64,000 nt of DNA from Felis catus (Eukaryota): positions 18,850,001 to 18,914,000 of the forward strand of contig NC_058383.1 of NCBI RefSeq assembly GCF_018350175.1, given 5' to 3'. Within the stretch, counting starts at the first letter, position 1. The number at the start of each line of letters is the position of its first letter. The position numbers and the translations under genes are program-made. The notes under the pieces are model-generated. The model saw only the letters and a list, made by a program, of their open reading frames with translations. It had not been told where the DNA came from and did not search any database. Shown in pieces: positions 24,341 to 36,115 of the stretch.

Positions 24341-25203
24341 CTGGCGGGCCGGGGGTGGGGGTGGGGGTGGGGGTGGGGTGGGGTGGGGGGAGCCGCGCTC
24401 AGGGACGGCCACCCCGCCGGGCCCTGCCAGGCCCCTCCCGCCGACCAGTCCCCACGGCCGGCCTCGCCCCGAGCTCCCTCCCGGTCGCATTCCCGGGGCT
24501 GCCGCCTGGGCCATGCCTCTCCCCTCCCCCACCTCACCGGGGCACCTCCTCCTCTCTCTCTGGCCCAGTCATTCTCATCCCGCACCCCCCCCCCACCCCC
24601 ACTGCAGCCACAGACCCGGGCCTGAGCGCCCACGGTGGGCCGGGTGCCCGTCCCGCGCTGTCTCAACCCCTCACAGCTGCTGTTACGCCCACTTCCCTTA
24701 TAGGGACATAAGGCTCTGAGAGGCCTTGCCACTCACCCCCTGAGCCCCGGAGCAGATTCATACCTGGCACCACCAGACGCAGAGCCGGGAGCCTGGGATT
24801 TTCTGCGCACTCCCTCCCACTCCAGGGCACCTCCTCTGGGAAGCCTCTGGTGGCCCCGCGGCCTCCTCTCCCCCCTCGTGCCCCCACTGTTCCTACGCAG
24901 CATCAGACGAGGCTGCCGAGGAGGGTGGTGTTGGACTTCATCCCAGGCCCCTGGCCGCTGCCTTCCCAGAGCCTGGCTCAGTCTGTCACCTGGCTTATTT
25001 CGCAGCGTCTGTTCCCCACGAGGAGGCGCGCAAGCCTTTATTCCTAGTGTATCCCCGGCCCTCCGGTGGCTGACGTACAGCAGGGGCTCAGTAAAGGCTT
25101 GTTGGCTAAATAAGTGGTCTGACTGCCCCCCGCCCCCCTCCTACTCTCCCCCTGCGGGGGTGGGAAGACATCTCCCCTCTCCCTGGGCCGCCACACCCAG
25201 TAC

Positions 25204-25406
25204 CTGAGGAGGAATGATGTCGAACAGGTCCCCGGCAGGTGCGTACTCTTGGGCGAAGACGTAGCAGTCCTCGGTCTCAAAAACCACGTCAAAGACCTTG
25301 ATGATGAAGGGGCTGGAGGAGAGGCTGCTGGTGATGCTCACCTCCCGCAGGAAGTTCTTCAGCTTGGTCTTGTTCTTGTTCACAAACTTCAGCGCCATTT
25401 TCGTGC
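25204..25406 (-). CDS. SBK1: SBK1 second coding exon ([10 protein letters not shown]...[10 protein letters not shown])
   Basis: Acceptor tcag|GC completes the Gly codon split from the previous exon. Contains the catalytic Lys in MALK and the alphaC Glu in FLREV. Donor CAG|gta follows 25204. 203 nt; cumulative 429 nt, phase 0. Confidence 0.97.
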
Positions 25407-26808
25407 CTGACGGGGCAGGAGCCACAGTGGTGAAGGCTCCTGTCCCCGCGCTCCCGCGCATGACGTTCCCGGGCCTGCCCGCACAGCCCGTCCCCGCCAC
25501 GGGGCAGCGTGTGTCTGTCCTCCTCTTACTGGTAGCAAACCGAGACCCGGGGAGGGGAAAGGACTGGCCAAAGGCCAGGCAGCGAGTCGGGGGTCAGGCC
25601 GGGTCTCCTGCCCCAGCCTGCCGGCCTCGGTGAGGATGGCCTGCTGCTTCCTCCGCTCTCCCCTCTCCTTCCTGACGTACAGGATCCTCCTTCACGTCTC
25701 GGTCTCCCCCCACGCTAGAACGTAGCCCCCTGAGCGCGGGAATCTGTCTCGCTCGTTGCTGTATCTCCAGTGCCTACGACAGTGTGGCGCACAGTAGGTG
25801 CTCAACACATGTTTGTTACGTGGCTAAGGAGGAATTAGACACTGAGAGGTGAGGGTCTGCAAGGCATAGGTCCCTGACTCTGCACTTGGGCAGCCATCTG
25901 TACCCACTGAGGGTGCAAAGCCGTGTGACGCACACGTGTCCACAGGGCCCTTACCTGTCACAGGGCCCTCTCTTCACTTCGCACTCACAACCCGCGCCTC
26001 ATAATGACCCTGGGAGGTGGGCCAGCCCTAATGCTATCCTATTTTTAACAGAGGAGGAAACCTACGCACAGAGAGGTTAAGTCACTTGCCCAAGGTCACA
26101 CAGAGAGCAAGTGGCAAAGGTCAGGCAACCCCATGTCCAGTGTTCCTCCCGCTGCTGTCAGTGGGCACAGAGCCCCCGCACCCCGCCCCAGGTGTGTGCA
26201 GCTGTGGGAGCTCACGAAGTCCCCGTCCCTGACTGGCTGCACGGGCACCGCTGTGAGGCTGTGCTGTGGGGAAGGCATCATGCTCGTGGGGAAGCGAGAA
26301 GATTCTGGAGCTGACTTCTGGGGTCTTGCCCTGGCTCACAGCCTCTACAGCTACATGAACTTAGCTGAGCGATGGGTCTCTGGGTCTCGGTGTCTTCATC
26401 TGAGAAATGGAGATGGCCACAGTGACCTTCCAGGGACATCTCCCACCCCTCCTGAAGCGTGGCGCCGTTTCCAAGGACGCACCCTCGGGCTCTGTCCACT
26501 CCGCTGGGGTCAACTACCCCCGATGGGTCAGTGATTCCGCAAACACCACTGCCAGCCCTGACTTCTCTCCTGAGCTCCCGATGTCCCGGGGTCATGCTCT
26601 TGGCCCCAAAGCAGCCCACCCTCCAGTCTGGGCCCCGGGCCCCGTCTCAGGTCTCCCTGGGCCACTCAGGCTACATCTCTCCACCTGGACCACGAGCTCT
26701 GTCTGCCTGCTGACCCCTCGGCTCCGGAAGCGAACACCCACGAGCCCCAGGCAAGTCCCCCCGCCCCCCGCCCCCCAGCCTTCACACCCACCGCCGGCAG
26801 ATGCTCAC

Positions 26809-27034
26809 CCGTGCCCTTGTAGGCCACCAGGTCGACCTTCCCATAGGTGCCCTTGCCCAGCTCCCGGACGAGTTCGTAGTGCTTGGTGACATCGCTAGCG
26901 GCCAGCGTGCGGAGGGTCAGTGCCTGCATATCTTCAGTGAGGAGCGGCACGCCTGCCCCCAGCCCAGGGGCGGTCCCCGGCCCACAGCAGGGCAGGGAGC
27001 GGGGTGGCTCGGGCTCCGGGCAGCCCACGCTCAT
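26809..27034 (-). CDS. SBK1: SBK1 first coding exon (ATG to kinase subdomain [11 protein letters not shown]...[19 protein letters not shown])
   Basis: Translation matches my recollection of the SBK1 N-terminus and contains the Gly-rich loop GKGTYG. ATG is at 27034-27032. Acceptor cag|GGAGAAG-ATG places the exon start at 27041 (7 nt of 5'UTR). Donor G|gtgagc follows 26809. 226 coding nt, phase 1. Confidence 0.97.
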
Positions 27035-30000
27035 CTTCTCCCTGTTGTGGGGGGCGCGGCACCAAATGTGACATCAAGCCAGGGCCCCCTGGCCCAGCCA
27101 CCCGCTCCTTCCCTGGTACCTCGGGTCCCCGGATGCCAGGCTCAAGATGACCACACGGGGGCGATGAGCATCTATCCCCTTTCCCCAAGGCTTCAGGGCC
27201 AGGCCTGAGCCACACTCCCTGGAGACACGGTCCCTGCCCCCGCAGTCCCCACTCGGGTACCACTGGCCCGTCTGTCTCAGGCTGTCATCCGGACACAGCC
27301 TCAGACAAGGCACACGTGTTTACGTCACACAAAGACACTCCGTGTACCAAGTTCACGCGGCCGCTCCTGTCGGCAAATACTGATCACCACCTGCTGTTCG
27401 TCAGGGGCCTGCTGCTCAGAGCCCTGGGCCCGCATCACTAAACCAAGAGGTAAGAATCCCACCCTCGAGGGACTTAGGTTTTGGGGAGGAGACGGGCGAT
27501 AAACATAGTGAACGTGTGAATTACACATTATGCTACAAGGTGTTACGGGCTTTTGAGAATGTAAGGCAAGGGGGGAGGAAGGTGCGGTCTCAGGGCAGGG
27601 GTCACGGTAGCAAATTCCTCAGCCAAGCAGGCGCAGACAGAACTCTGGCGGGGTGGTGCAGATGTGTCCCCCCCCCCCCCCCCCCCCCCGCTCCCCCAAC
27701 AGCCTTACGCCCCTCCCCCTCCCCCAGACAATACAACCCTGCTCAGGCATACGTGGCTACAGGTGGCGTCCAGGGCCCCACCTCCCTCCCACACCCGCTC
27801 CGCCCCAGACCCAAGGCAGAGCCCAGGCCCACAGAGACCCAACCCTCCCCTGCCTCACCCTCCACATTCACAGCCTGACTGACCCCTTCGGTATCCGCAC
27901 AAGCTGCACCCACCCGTCAGAGTTTGTCCCCAGACGGTGTTGGGGGGGCAGGGAGCTGCTTCGGGGAGAGTCCGGCGGGGGGGGGGGGGGCGGGTGAGAG
28001 TGAACGCCCACCTGGGGCCTGCATTTCTTGTCTGTCAAGTTGGCGGTGGGGGTGCTGAGAGCGAAGCTTCCAGGAGCAGGTGCGCACGTGTCTGTGCGTG
28101 TACCCGCAGGAGAGGCCGGCACTGAATCCTCCATAAGCTGAGCCCCGGGAGCCTGCCTCCTGGCGCACCTCCCCTTACTCCCTCCTACCTCCCATCCCAG
28201 GTGACTCACCCCACACTTTCCCCAGCCCCCACCCCTGCAAGACAGCCCAGGGGTCTTGGATAGCCGACCTGGAGCTAGCCACCCAGCTTTGAATCCAGCT
28301 CTGTCACCTGCTAGCTGGATGGCCTTGGGCAAGTTACTTCAGCCTCCCATGCCTCAATTTTCCATCTAGAAAAAGGACGCATTAGTGCCTTTTCTCTACG
28401 GGCTGCTCAGCCGTGAAGCGCTTGGTGCCTGGCACACGTAAGGGCTCTGTAAGTGCCCCGGAGTGGTGTCGTGCGTCCTGTGTCCCCTCCGGCTGAGCCG
28501 GCCACAGGCTGCTCTCGGGAGCCCCGCATCCTCACCCCGGCCCAGCCGCTCCCCTTCCAGGCCCAAACCCTCTTCTCCTCCTCTGCCTTCCCCTTCCCTC
28601 TTGGCACGACCCAGCCTCCCACTTCACACGGAGAGGAGGAACATCAGGAGGGAACTTCCTGGCCTCCCACGTCCTCCGGCTGGCTGGGGGAGCAGGGGGC
28701 CCTCCGCCCCTCCTCCGATTTGGCTCCTGCCCCCTCTGCTTCCTCAGGATCCTGCTCCCCCACTCAGCCCCCTTCCCCTCCATTCATGAGCAAGCCCTAC
28801 TCCATAGAAGCTTCCCCCGCTGTAGGCACTGCCCTTCCTTCCCTAATTCCTTTGGTCTGAACAGATGCCAGGAGTCTGTCTGAAACGCCACACGAATGCC
28901 CTCAGTCTGCAGCCTGGATTAGCCCATTTCACAGACCCCCACGGGGGAGGGATGGCGCCAGGCCCACGGACACAGGGTCCTGCTGCCCCTACCTCTGCCA
29001 AGCTCCTTGTGCTGAACCCGACTGGGCCGTGGCACCTGTCACCCGGCCTCTGTGTGGTCCCAGCTCCAGCCAGACGGCACCCTGTTACTGTAGCCACCGA
29101 CTAGGCTAAAGTGGGCGGCATCTCCCCGTGGTGGTCTTTCCTTGCCTTCAGGGCTAGAGGGGGTCACTGGTCCCAACCTCTGCCAGATATCCCTCCCTGC
29201 CCCCCACCTCCCCGTGGGGAGAATTCCGAGTGAGGAAACCCAGGCGATCCGCTTTGAGGCAGCAGGGAAGGGTAAGGCTGTCTCTGGGTGAGCGTCCTCA
29301 GGCCCCCAGGGGGTCCGATGAGTACACACCCTCTTTGCCTTGAACTCTTCCCCCTGCCGGCCAGTGAGACGCTGGGCTGCTCTGCTGACCTACTTCTCTT
29401 GATGATTGTGGACTCCCCGAGGGCTGCTGCGCTGGGCAAGGCCATGGGCGTGCAGGCACATATACGCACCCGTGTGCAACGCTCCCACTTTGGGCTTTGG
29501 CCCTGCCAGTCCTTTGGGGCTGTTTCTACGTCCTCTGGGAGGTTGACCGACTGGCAGCTGCAAGTTGCTAGAAGCTCTTTCTCCCCCTGTCCCCTCCTCC
29601 CTCGCCTGGGGGCTGTGGGGTACATGGCTCATCCCTGCTGCTTTGGCCGTGGAGTTGCACTGCGCAGAGGCAGCTGTCTGGGTCGGGGGTGCAGCCACAG
29701 TGGGGTGGGTCTGGGTCCCACATTTGCCCCCTGCACTCCGGTTTAGCCCTTGCTTTGACCACCACCCTGCACTGCGTCTCTGTGGCTTCAGTGCCTCTCT
29801 CGAGTCTCCTCTGCCAGCCCCGCTGCCCGCCTTGATCTCCCCCTGCCCCACAGCCAATCTTCTCTTTATCCTCAGGCCCCACTCTTCCAGAAAGGCTTCT
29901 CTGCTGCCCCGGGTGCCGGGTCCTGCCTCTGCTGAGTCCCAGGATTCACATAGGGTCTGTGTGGCTCTCTCTGAGGGTTCCTGTTGAAGATCTTGGGGTG

Positions 30001-30419
30001 GTCTCCACTCCGTCCCCTGTCTGTCCCCATCAACAGGCCAAGAGCTCTCCGGGGGTAGTGGCTACTTTCTCCCAACCTTTCTTAGTTCCTAGGGCCCAGT
30101 TTTGGGGGTCCCCACTACTGGCCCCTCCCTCCTTCACAACCTCCCTCTCCCTTCAGGCCTGTTCTCTGCCAGCCATCAGCAGGCGACAAGGAATTAATCC
30201 ACACAGCCCTCCCCGTCGCTGCGTCATAGCCCCAGGTACACACCGCCTCTGACCCAGTTACGATGCATGTGACTTAAGAGGCACAGTGGGGAGCGAAAGA
30301 AACAGCATGGGCCTTGGGGCTCAGCAGGCTTGCCCTTGATCCTGCCCTGCGCCACTTTTTAGGTGGGTGACCTTGAGTGAGTCACTTGTCTGGGGAAAAT
30401 AACAACAATGGCAATAGCA

Positions 30420-30630
30420 AGGAACTAACGCTGAAACGGGGCTTACTACCTGCCGGGCCCTGGACTCAGGATGAGCTCATCTTATCTTCCCAATTCAACG
30501 GGTAGGTGTCATCATCACCCCCACTTTAGGGATGAGGAGAACGAGGCACAGAGAGCCTGAATAACTCGTCCAAGTTCATGCAGCTCGCATTGGGACTGGC
30601 TCCAAAGCCGGTGCTCTGAACCACTGTTTC
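30420..30630. mobile_element. MIR (one of many; others near 1850-1990, 7150-7300, 10640-10810, 26000-26120, 34240-34460, 39450-39590, 40020-40230, 40980-41200)
   Basis: MIR core similarity (ccccactttagggatgaggagaacgaggcacagagag...gtccaagttca). Confidence 0.65.
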
Positions 30631-31116
30631 CCCAAGTCAGAATGGTAGAGCATCTCATTCGGATGCCTTGGGATCCAAGTGGGGAAACCGAGGCCCAGGA
30701 GAGAGCAAAGCCTGAGCCGAAGACGCCCATGCATTCGCTCAGCTCCTGCTGGGAGGTGACCGAGTGGCAGGCACTGTCCAGGCGCTTCACGGGTATTAAC
30801 TCACAGCAGTAGGTAGACCAGCAACTTCCTTCAGGCGGGGACTCCAGGCCAGAGAGTAAAGTAAGACACATCCGCCTCCCCGAGTGGTCGAGGGCACATA
30901 CACCTGGCATCGGTGGGAACTTGACCTGAAACTATTTTGCCTTCATCACCATTGCCTCCGCTTGAAGGAGCGGCTGTGGACTCGGTGGCTGTGAACTTTC
31001 CAGCAGCGGGCGGTGGAGGCCCCTGGCTGGCCCCCTGTTCCTCCCATGTAGCCGGCCCTACCGTCCACACTTCAGCCGACTGTGCCATGCCGGGGGACCT
31101 CACGTGCCTTGCACCT

Positions 31117-31147
<31 letters not shown>

Positions 31148-31679
31148 CCTCGCTGGCCCCGAGGGAGGCCCTTGGTTTCCGGTCTGTGTGGCTGAAGGCA
31201 GGTGGGTGTCACCCAGCCTTCCCGGCAGCAGTTGTGGCTCTGGCCCTGTGGGCTGGGTCTTCTGCCACACGCCGGGAGGGCTTCCCAAGCAAGAAACAAG
31301 ACCGAACCGCCTACCACTTCCTGTTGGCAGGTGGCTTGAGCTGGGTGCCTCTCTTACGAAAACCATACCCAGTGCACAACCCAACTCAGAGCTACTTTGG
31401 AGCCTGCCTTCCCTACCCTCCCCCACCACATGCACACACACACTGCCAGCTTGGCAAAATATCACTTACTGAGTCCTCATAAGAACCCTGAGAAGAAGGG
31501 CAAGATGCTCCCTCTGTTGTTTTTTTTTTTTTTTCTTAAAAACACAGCTATATTAGTACACACCACAAAATTTACCGGTAGTAGGCGTACGACTCAGTGA
31601 TTTTAGCAAACGTCCGTTGCCGCAATCAAGTGCTGCTTTCTGTTTTATAGATGAAGAACCTAGGAGGTTGGTGATTTAC

Positions 31680-33535
31680 TATGGTTCTGGAAAAGACAGC
31701 CACTGTCCACCAAAACTTTGTGTTCCCTCTTTTATAATACAGAGCTGCTGCTGGAGGGTGGCTGTCGGCAGGGTACTGCATTTCCTGCCTGCCTGGCATC
31801 CGGATGTGGCCATGTGACCAGTTTTCCCCAATGGAACACGAGCAGCGATGACAGATGTGACTGTCTTTTAAGACTGGGAGGAGTTCCTCCATTCTCTCAT
31901 CGGTCCTAAAAGACAGTGGAGCCACAAGACAGGAAGGAGGAGCCTGGGTGCCTGGCTGTAGGTCTCCTGGCCAAGAGGATTACCCACTCTGCATTTTATG
32001 GGAGCCAGGAGTGAATGGCTATTGTGTTAGGCTGCTGAGATACAGGGGCTTGCTTGTTACAGCGGCTAGCACTACTCTAATCCAAGGATTATGTAGCAAG
32101 GAGGCCAAAAAGGTATGATTTGAACCTCGGTTTGTCCACTTGCCTGGAGGATGGCCAGTCTCAAAAGAGAGGGGGGCCTGCGCTCACCCTGTCTCCTGGG
32201 AGGATAATAATACTGGCAAATGTTTATCGAGTGTTTCCATATGTCGGGTGCTGTGCTAACCACTATGGACTCAATCATTTAACAGTTACAAGCCTGGGCA
32301 GCAGGTTCTCCTATCATTACCCCATTTTACAGAAAGGACTACTGATACACTGGTGGGCTAATTCGGATTTGAACTCAGGCGTCAGGCTTCAGGTCCCGTG
32401 CTCTCATGCACCGCGTCCTCTGAGGCTCCTGAAGGTAAACCCAAGCAAACAGCAACCTAAAATGAGACCGTTGTTACAGTCCCAACAGGGAGGACATGTG
32501 TCCTCCATCACTGGGGGAGAGAAGCAGAGAGTGGGGAGTTGGGGGCGGGAGGTGAGGTTGGACCAAGTGATATCAGCCAGGCCTTTCTTACTCTCACTCG
32601 GTGGGGGGGGGGGGGTGTCTAAGATTCTCTGTCCCCATAGTACAGGCAAACCCCAAGAGTATCCTTAACAAAGCTCTGGCCTAGAAGGATTCCATCCGCA
32701 GACGATTGTTGCTGGGTGGGTCACCTCCTTGAGTTCGTCTTATTAAAAGCCGTGTGAAAAAAACAGCCGTAAGGCATTATTTCAGGTACTGAGTGGCGAC
32801 AGGGAGCCTGCTTCACTCTGCTTCTATGTAAAGCGAGGGGGTGGAGGCTCATTCCCCAAGCCTCCATGCCGAGCCAGCTCCCGATACCCCCTGGCCCCCT
32901 TATCTGCCTCCAGGCTTCTGCCTCTGAGGCCTCCTTGTCCGTGTCAGACCCACTCCTTGTCTTGCTTAGGAATTTTCAGTGGCTTCTTAAGTCGGCCTGT
33001 GGTGCTTTTTTCCTGCTCAGCATGAATTTCCCTTTCTTCAGGGAATGGCCCCTCTCTCAGGCCACGTGGTTCAGTAAGGTGGTCTCCATCTTGGCTTAGG
33101 GGCAGGCCTGACCTGGGCCTAGCTGGCCAGCACATCCATCCCACCTGCCAGGTCATGTGACCGGTTCACAGATGAACCTGTGACCAAAGGTGGCCCACTG
33201 GGATCTAGCCCTAGGACTCTGGCTGCAGCTGTCAGGAAAGAGATGCCTCCTGATCCCTGGGATGCAAAGGTGGAAGACCCAGGTCTGGAGCTGCTGGGGG
33301 GCCAGCTTTGCCACCATGCGGGGAGCGCCTGCCTGAGAGTGAAGCGACAGAGAACAAAAGCAGAGCTAGCTGTAAGGTGGAGAGGTTTCTGATGACTCGG
33401 GGCACCTGGATCCAGGCATGACTAAAGGCAATTATACTCCTGACCGTTTGTTTCATGCATCGATACATTTCCTTTCTGGCTTGAGCCACTTTGAGTTGAG
33501 TTTACGTAACTTGCAACCTTAAGATTCCAGATAAG
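31680..33535. mobile_element. MaLR (MLT1-like) LTR remnants (31680-32080 and ~32700-33535) with a MIR between
   Basis: ggccatgtgacc, tgttaggctgctgagatacaggggcttgcttgttacagc and gagccactttgagttgagttt are MLT1-like ends. Confidence 0.55.
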
Positions 33536-34661
33536 TATACCCGCTCGGGCCCGGGCACCGCGTAGGGTGCTGGCACGGGGCGAGTAGGTTAGACAGAGTG
33601 AAGCATCAGGTAGAAGGTGTGAACCTACACTTCAGGAAGGCAGATAAAGTAAGGAGTCAGGTGACCAGAAGTCCGAAAAGCCAACATCAGCACTCCAGCA
33701 TTTCCAAGCAGGGCATGGCAGTGGGGGTCAGGGTGGGTTCCTGGAGGAGGTGACACACAAATGGGCTTTGAAGGGGGCTGACAATCCAGTAAGAAACCCA
33801 AGAGCTCCTTGAAAGCAAGCCTCATGCTTTAGTCACCTTGGTGTTCCTAGCACTTAGCCAGGGTGTGACAAATGGCAGGTGAGTAACGCTTTCCGTGTTG
33901 GGCAAGTTGTAAATTTGTGTCTCTTGGCTTTCCTGAACGTGACCCTGCAGGCACAGTTATTTCCTCGGGGGCTTGTGTGAGGTAGCATTGGCCCCGTTTT
34001 AGCGATGCAGAGACTGATGGCCAGAAGAGTGATTTGCTCAAAATCGCACAGAAAGTCAGTGGCGGGGCGGCACTAGAGGCCAAGGTGCAGGGTGAGGTGT
34101 GCTCTCCCCCCCAACAGCCAGGGCCCCAAGCTCAGCAGAGATGGGTGTGGCTGGGAGTGCCACCGGTGTGGACAGAGTGGCAGGAGGTACGTGGATAATG
34201 GTGATAGCGGCACAGGGGAAAGTGATATAACTGCTAACACTAAGGATCCCTGTTGTGTGCCAAGGGCCTCACAAAAATTAACTCGTCTAAGCCTCCCAAC
34301 ATCCTACGACACAGGGACTATACTTCACCCCAACTTATAGATGAGAAAACTGAGGCCCAGAGCAGTCATGTTACTTGATCAAGATCATCTGGTCAATGGC
34401 AGAGCTGGGATTCAAATCCAGGCATTATCGCTCCAGTGTCCGAAAGCCTAACCACTGTTTCATTGACCCTAAATTGATATAGTACAGGTTATCACTCATA
34501 TTCTCAGCATGCCAATGCTTTGCATTACTGCTGTCATCCAATCTTCACAGCAACCCCATTTTACAGATCGGGACACTGAGGCTCAGAGGGGGTCAGTAGC
34601 CTGCCAGAGGCCACTCAGCTGGTAAATTGCAGAGACCAGGACTGAACACTAAAGTTCCCCT

Positions 34662-34704
34662 GCTCCTCTCCTCTCCTCTCTCCTCTCCTCTCCTCTCCTC
34701 TCTC
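34662..34704 (+). repeat. (CTCCT)n pentanucleotide microsatellite
   Basis: Read directly from the sequence. Confidence 0.9.
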
Positions 34705-34715
34705 TGGCCCCAGCC

Positions 34716-34742
34716 TTCAGCACCACAGGTGAGGACAGCACC
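34716..34742 (+). promoter_or_regulatory. Candidate non-canonical RE1/NRSE (REST site) with 8-bp spacer
   Basis: TTCAGCACC-acaggtga-GGACAGCACC; both RE1 half-sites are at or near consensus. Confidence 0.6.
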
Positions 34743-35350
34743 CAGGCGGGCCCAGTGCTAAGTGCAAGGTTAGGAGAGGCGGGAGCTGGGGAAGCAGGCA
34801 GGGTGGATGGACCACTGCAGACCTGGAACTCAGGCCTCCAGGGCTGGAAAAGGATGCATGGGTATACTGCCGCTGATTTAACCAGACCCCTAATGGGTTG
34901 TGTTCAACTTTTTTTGCTACTACAAACAATGAGAAGCCTGCACATAACTCATTTTGCTGTGTGTCGAAGTGTCTGTAGGCTCAATTCTAGACATGGGTTG
35001 CCAGGTTAAAGGGTGAGTGCGTTTGGAATTTCTGTAGAATGTTCGATTCCCCCAGAGGGCTGTGCCACTGGCCTTCCCCCAGCCGTGTAGGAGAGAGCTG
35101 CTTCTTGGTGGAGCAGGGCAGCGGCCACCAGCTCCTTCACCCTCTCTGGGCTTCTGTATCAGAAATGTGGGGTGGTGGGGGGGGGATACGAATAGGTTTC
35201 TCACTTGCTTGTTATTTGCATAAAGTAACTCTGGAATCAACATCAGACATTAATAAAGGTGCTTGACCACCCTTGGCACTCACTCCCACCTCCTCCTTCA
35301 GCTACTGCGGTAACCTCCTGTCTGGTCCCCCCACCTACCACAATCTATTC

Positions 35351-35573
35351 TTTTTTTTTTAAGCTTTTAAATGTTTTTATTTATTTTTGAGACACAGAGA
35401 CAGAACATGAGCAGGGGAGGGGCAGAGAGAGAGGGAGACACAGAATCCGAAGCAGGCTCCAGACTCCCGAGCTGTCTGCACAGAGCCCGACGCGGGGCTT
35501 GAACTCACGGACCGTGAGATCATGACCTGAGCTGAAGTTGGACGCCCGACCGACTGAGCCACCCAGGCACCCC
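35351..35573 (-). mobile_element. CAN-SINE in SBK1 intron 1
   Basis: TSD taccacaatctattctt on both sides. Confidence 0.92.
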
Positions 35574-35579
35574 TACCAC

Positions 35580-36115
35580 AATCTATTCTTGACCCAGCGG
35601 CCAGGGAGTCTGGCAGAGCCTACTCAGGTCGCATTGTTCCCACCATCGGCTCCCATTTCATTCCAAAGTCCTTACAAGGGGCCTCAACTTACCCCTCTGA
35701 CCTGTCTCCTCCCTCCCTCTGCTCCACACACACTGGGCTCCCTGCTATTCCCCCAAACGCGCCAGCTCCCGGCCTGGGGGCTGTTCTCTCTGCCCTTAGA
35801 TGGCTCCGTGGCTCCGTTCTTCCAAGTTCTGCTCAGATGACAGCTTCTCAACCAGGGCTACTCTACTGCACTCCGGTAATCCTGCTCTAGCTGCCCCCAG
35901 GGGAGGGTATCACTCTCTAGCGTGTTATATAATTTACTGACTGGCTCTATCGATTGCGGCCGTCTCTCTTCCCCACCAGAACTTAAGCACTAGGAGGGCA
36001 GGGACTTTGTTGGGCTGGTTTTGTTCACTGCTGATCCCCCAGCAGCCAGCACAGTGCCTGCACATCACAGGCACTTGATCGATATTTGGTGAATGAACGG
36101 ATGCATGAATGCATA
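35580..36115 (+). mobile_element. L2 3' fragment (others near 20080-20250, 25690-25830, 38520-38950, 54960-55600)
   Basis: L2 terminus ttgttcactgctg...agcacagtgcctgcaca...gatatttggtgaatgaa. Confidence 0.7.

Larger units (their letters stand above)
23250..24520. other. Intragenic CpG island over SBK1 last exon
   Basis: Extreme GC and CpG density across the CDS end, the proximal 3'UTR and the end of the last intron. Confidence 0.8.

Noticed and set aside
23148..24719. Long + strand ORFs (523 aa and 483 aa) antisense to the SBK1 last exon
   Set aside because: These are shadow ORFs caused by extreme GC content and codon bias. They have non-ATG starts, low-complexity Arg/Gly/Ala/Pro products and no recognisable domain.
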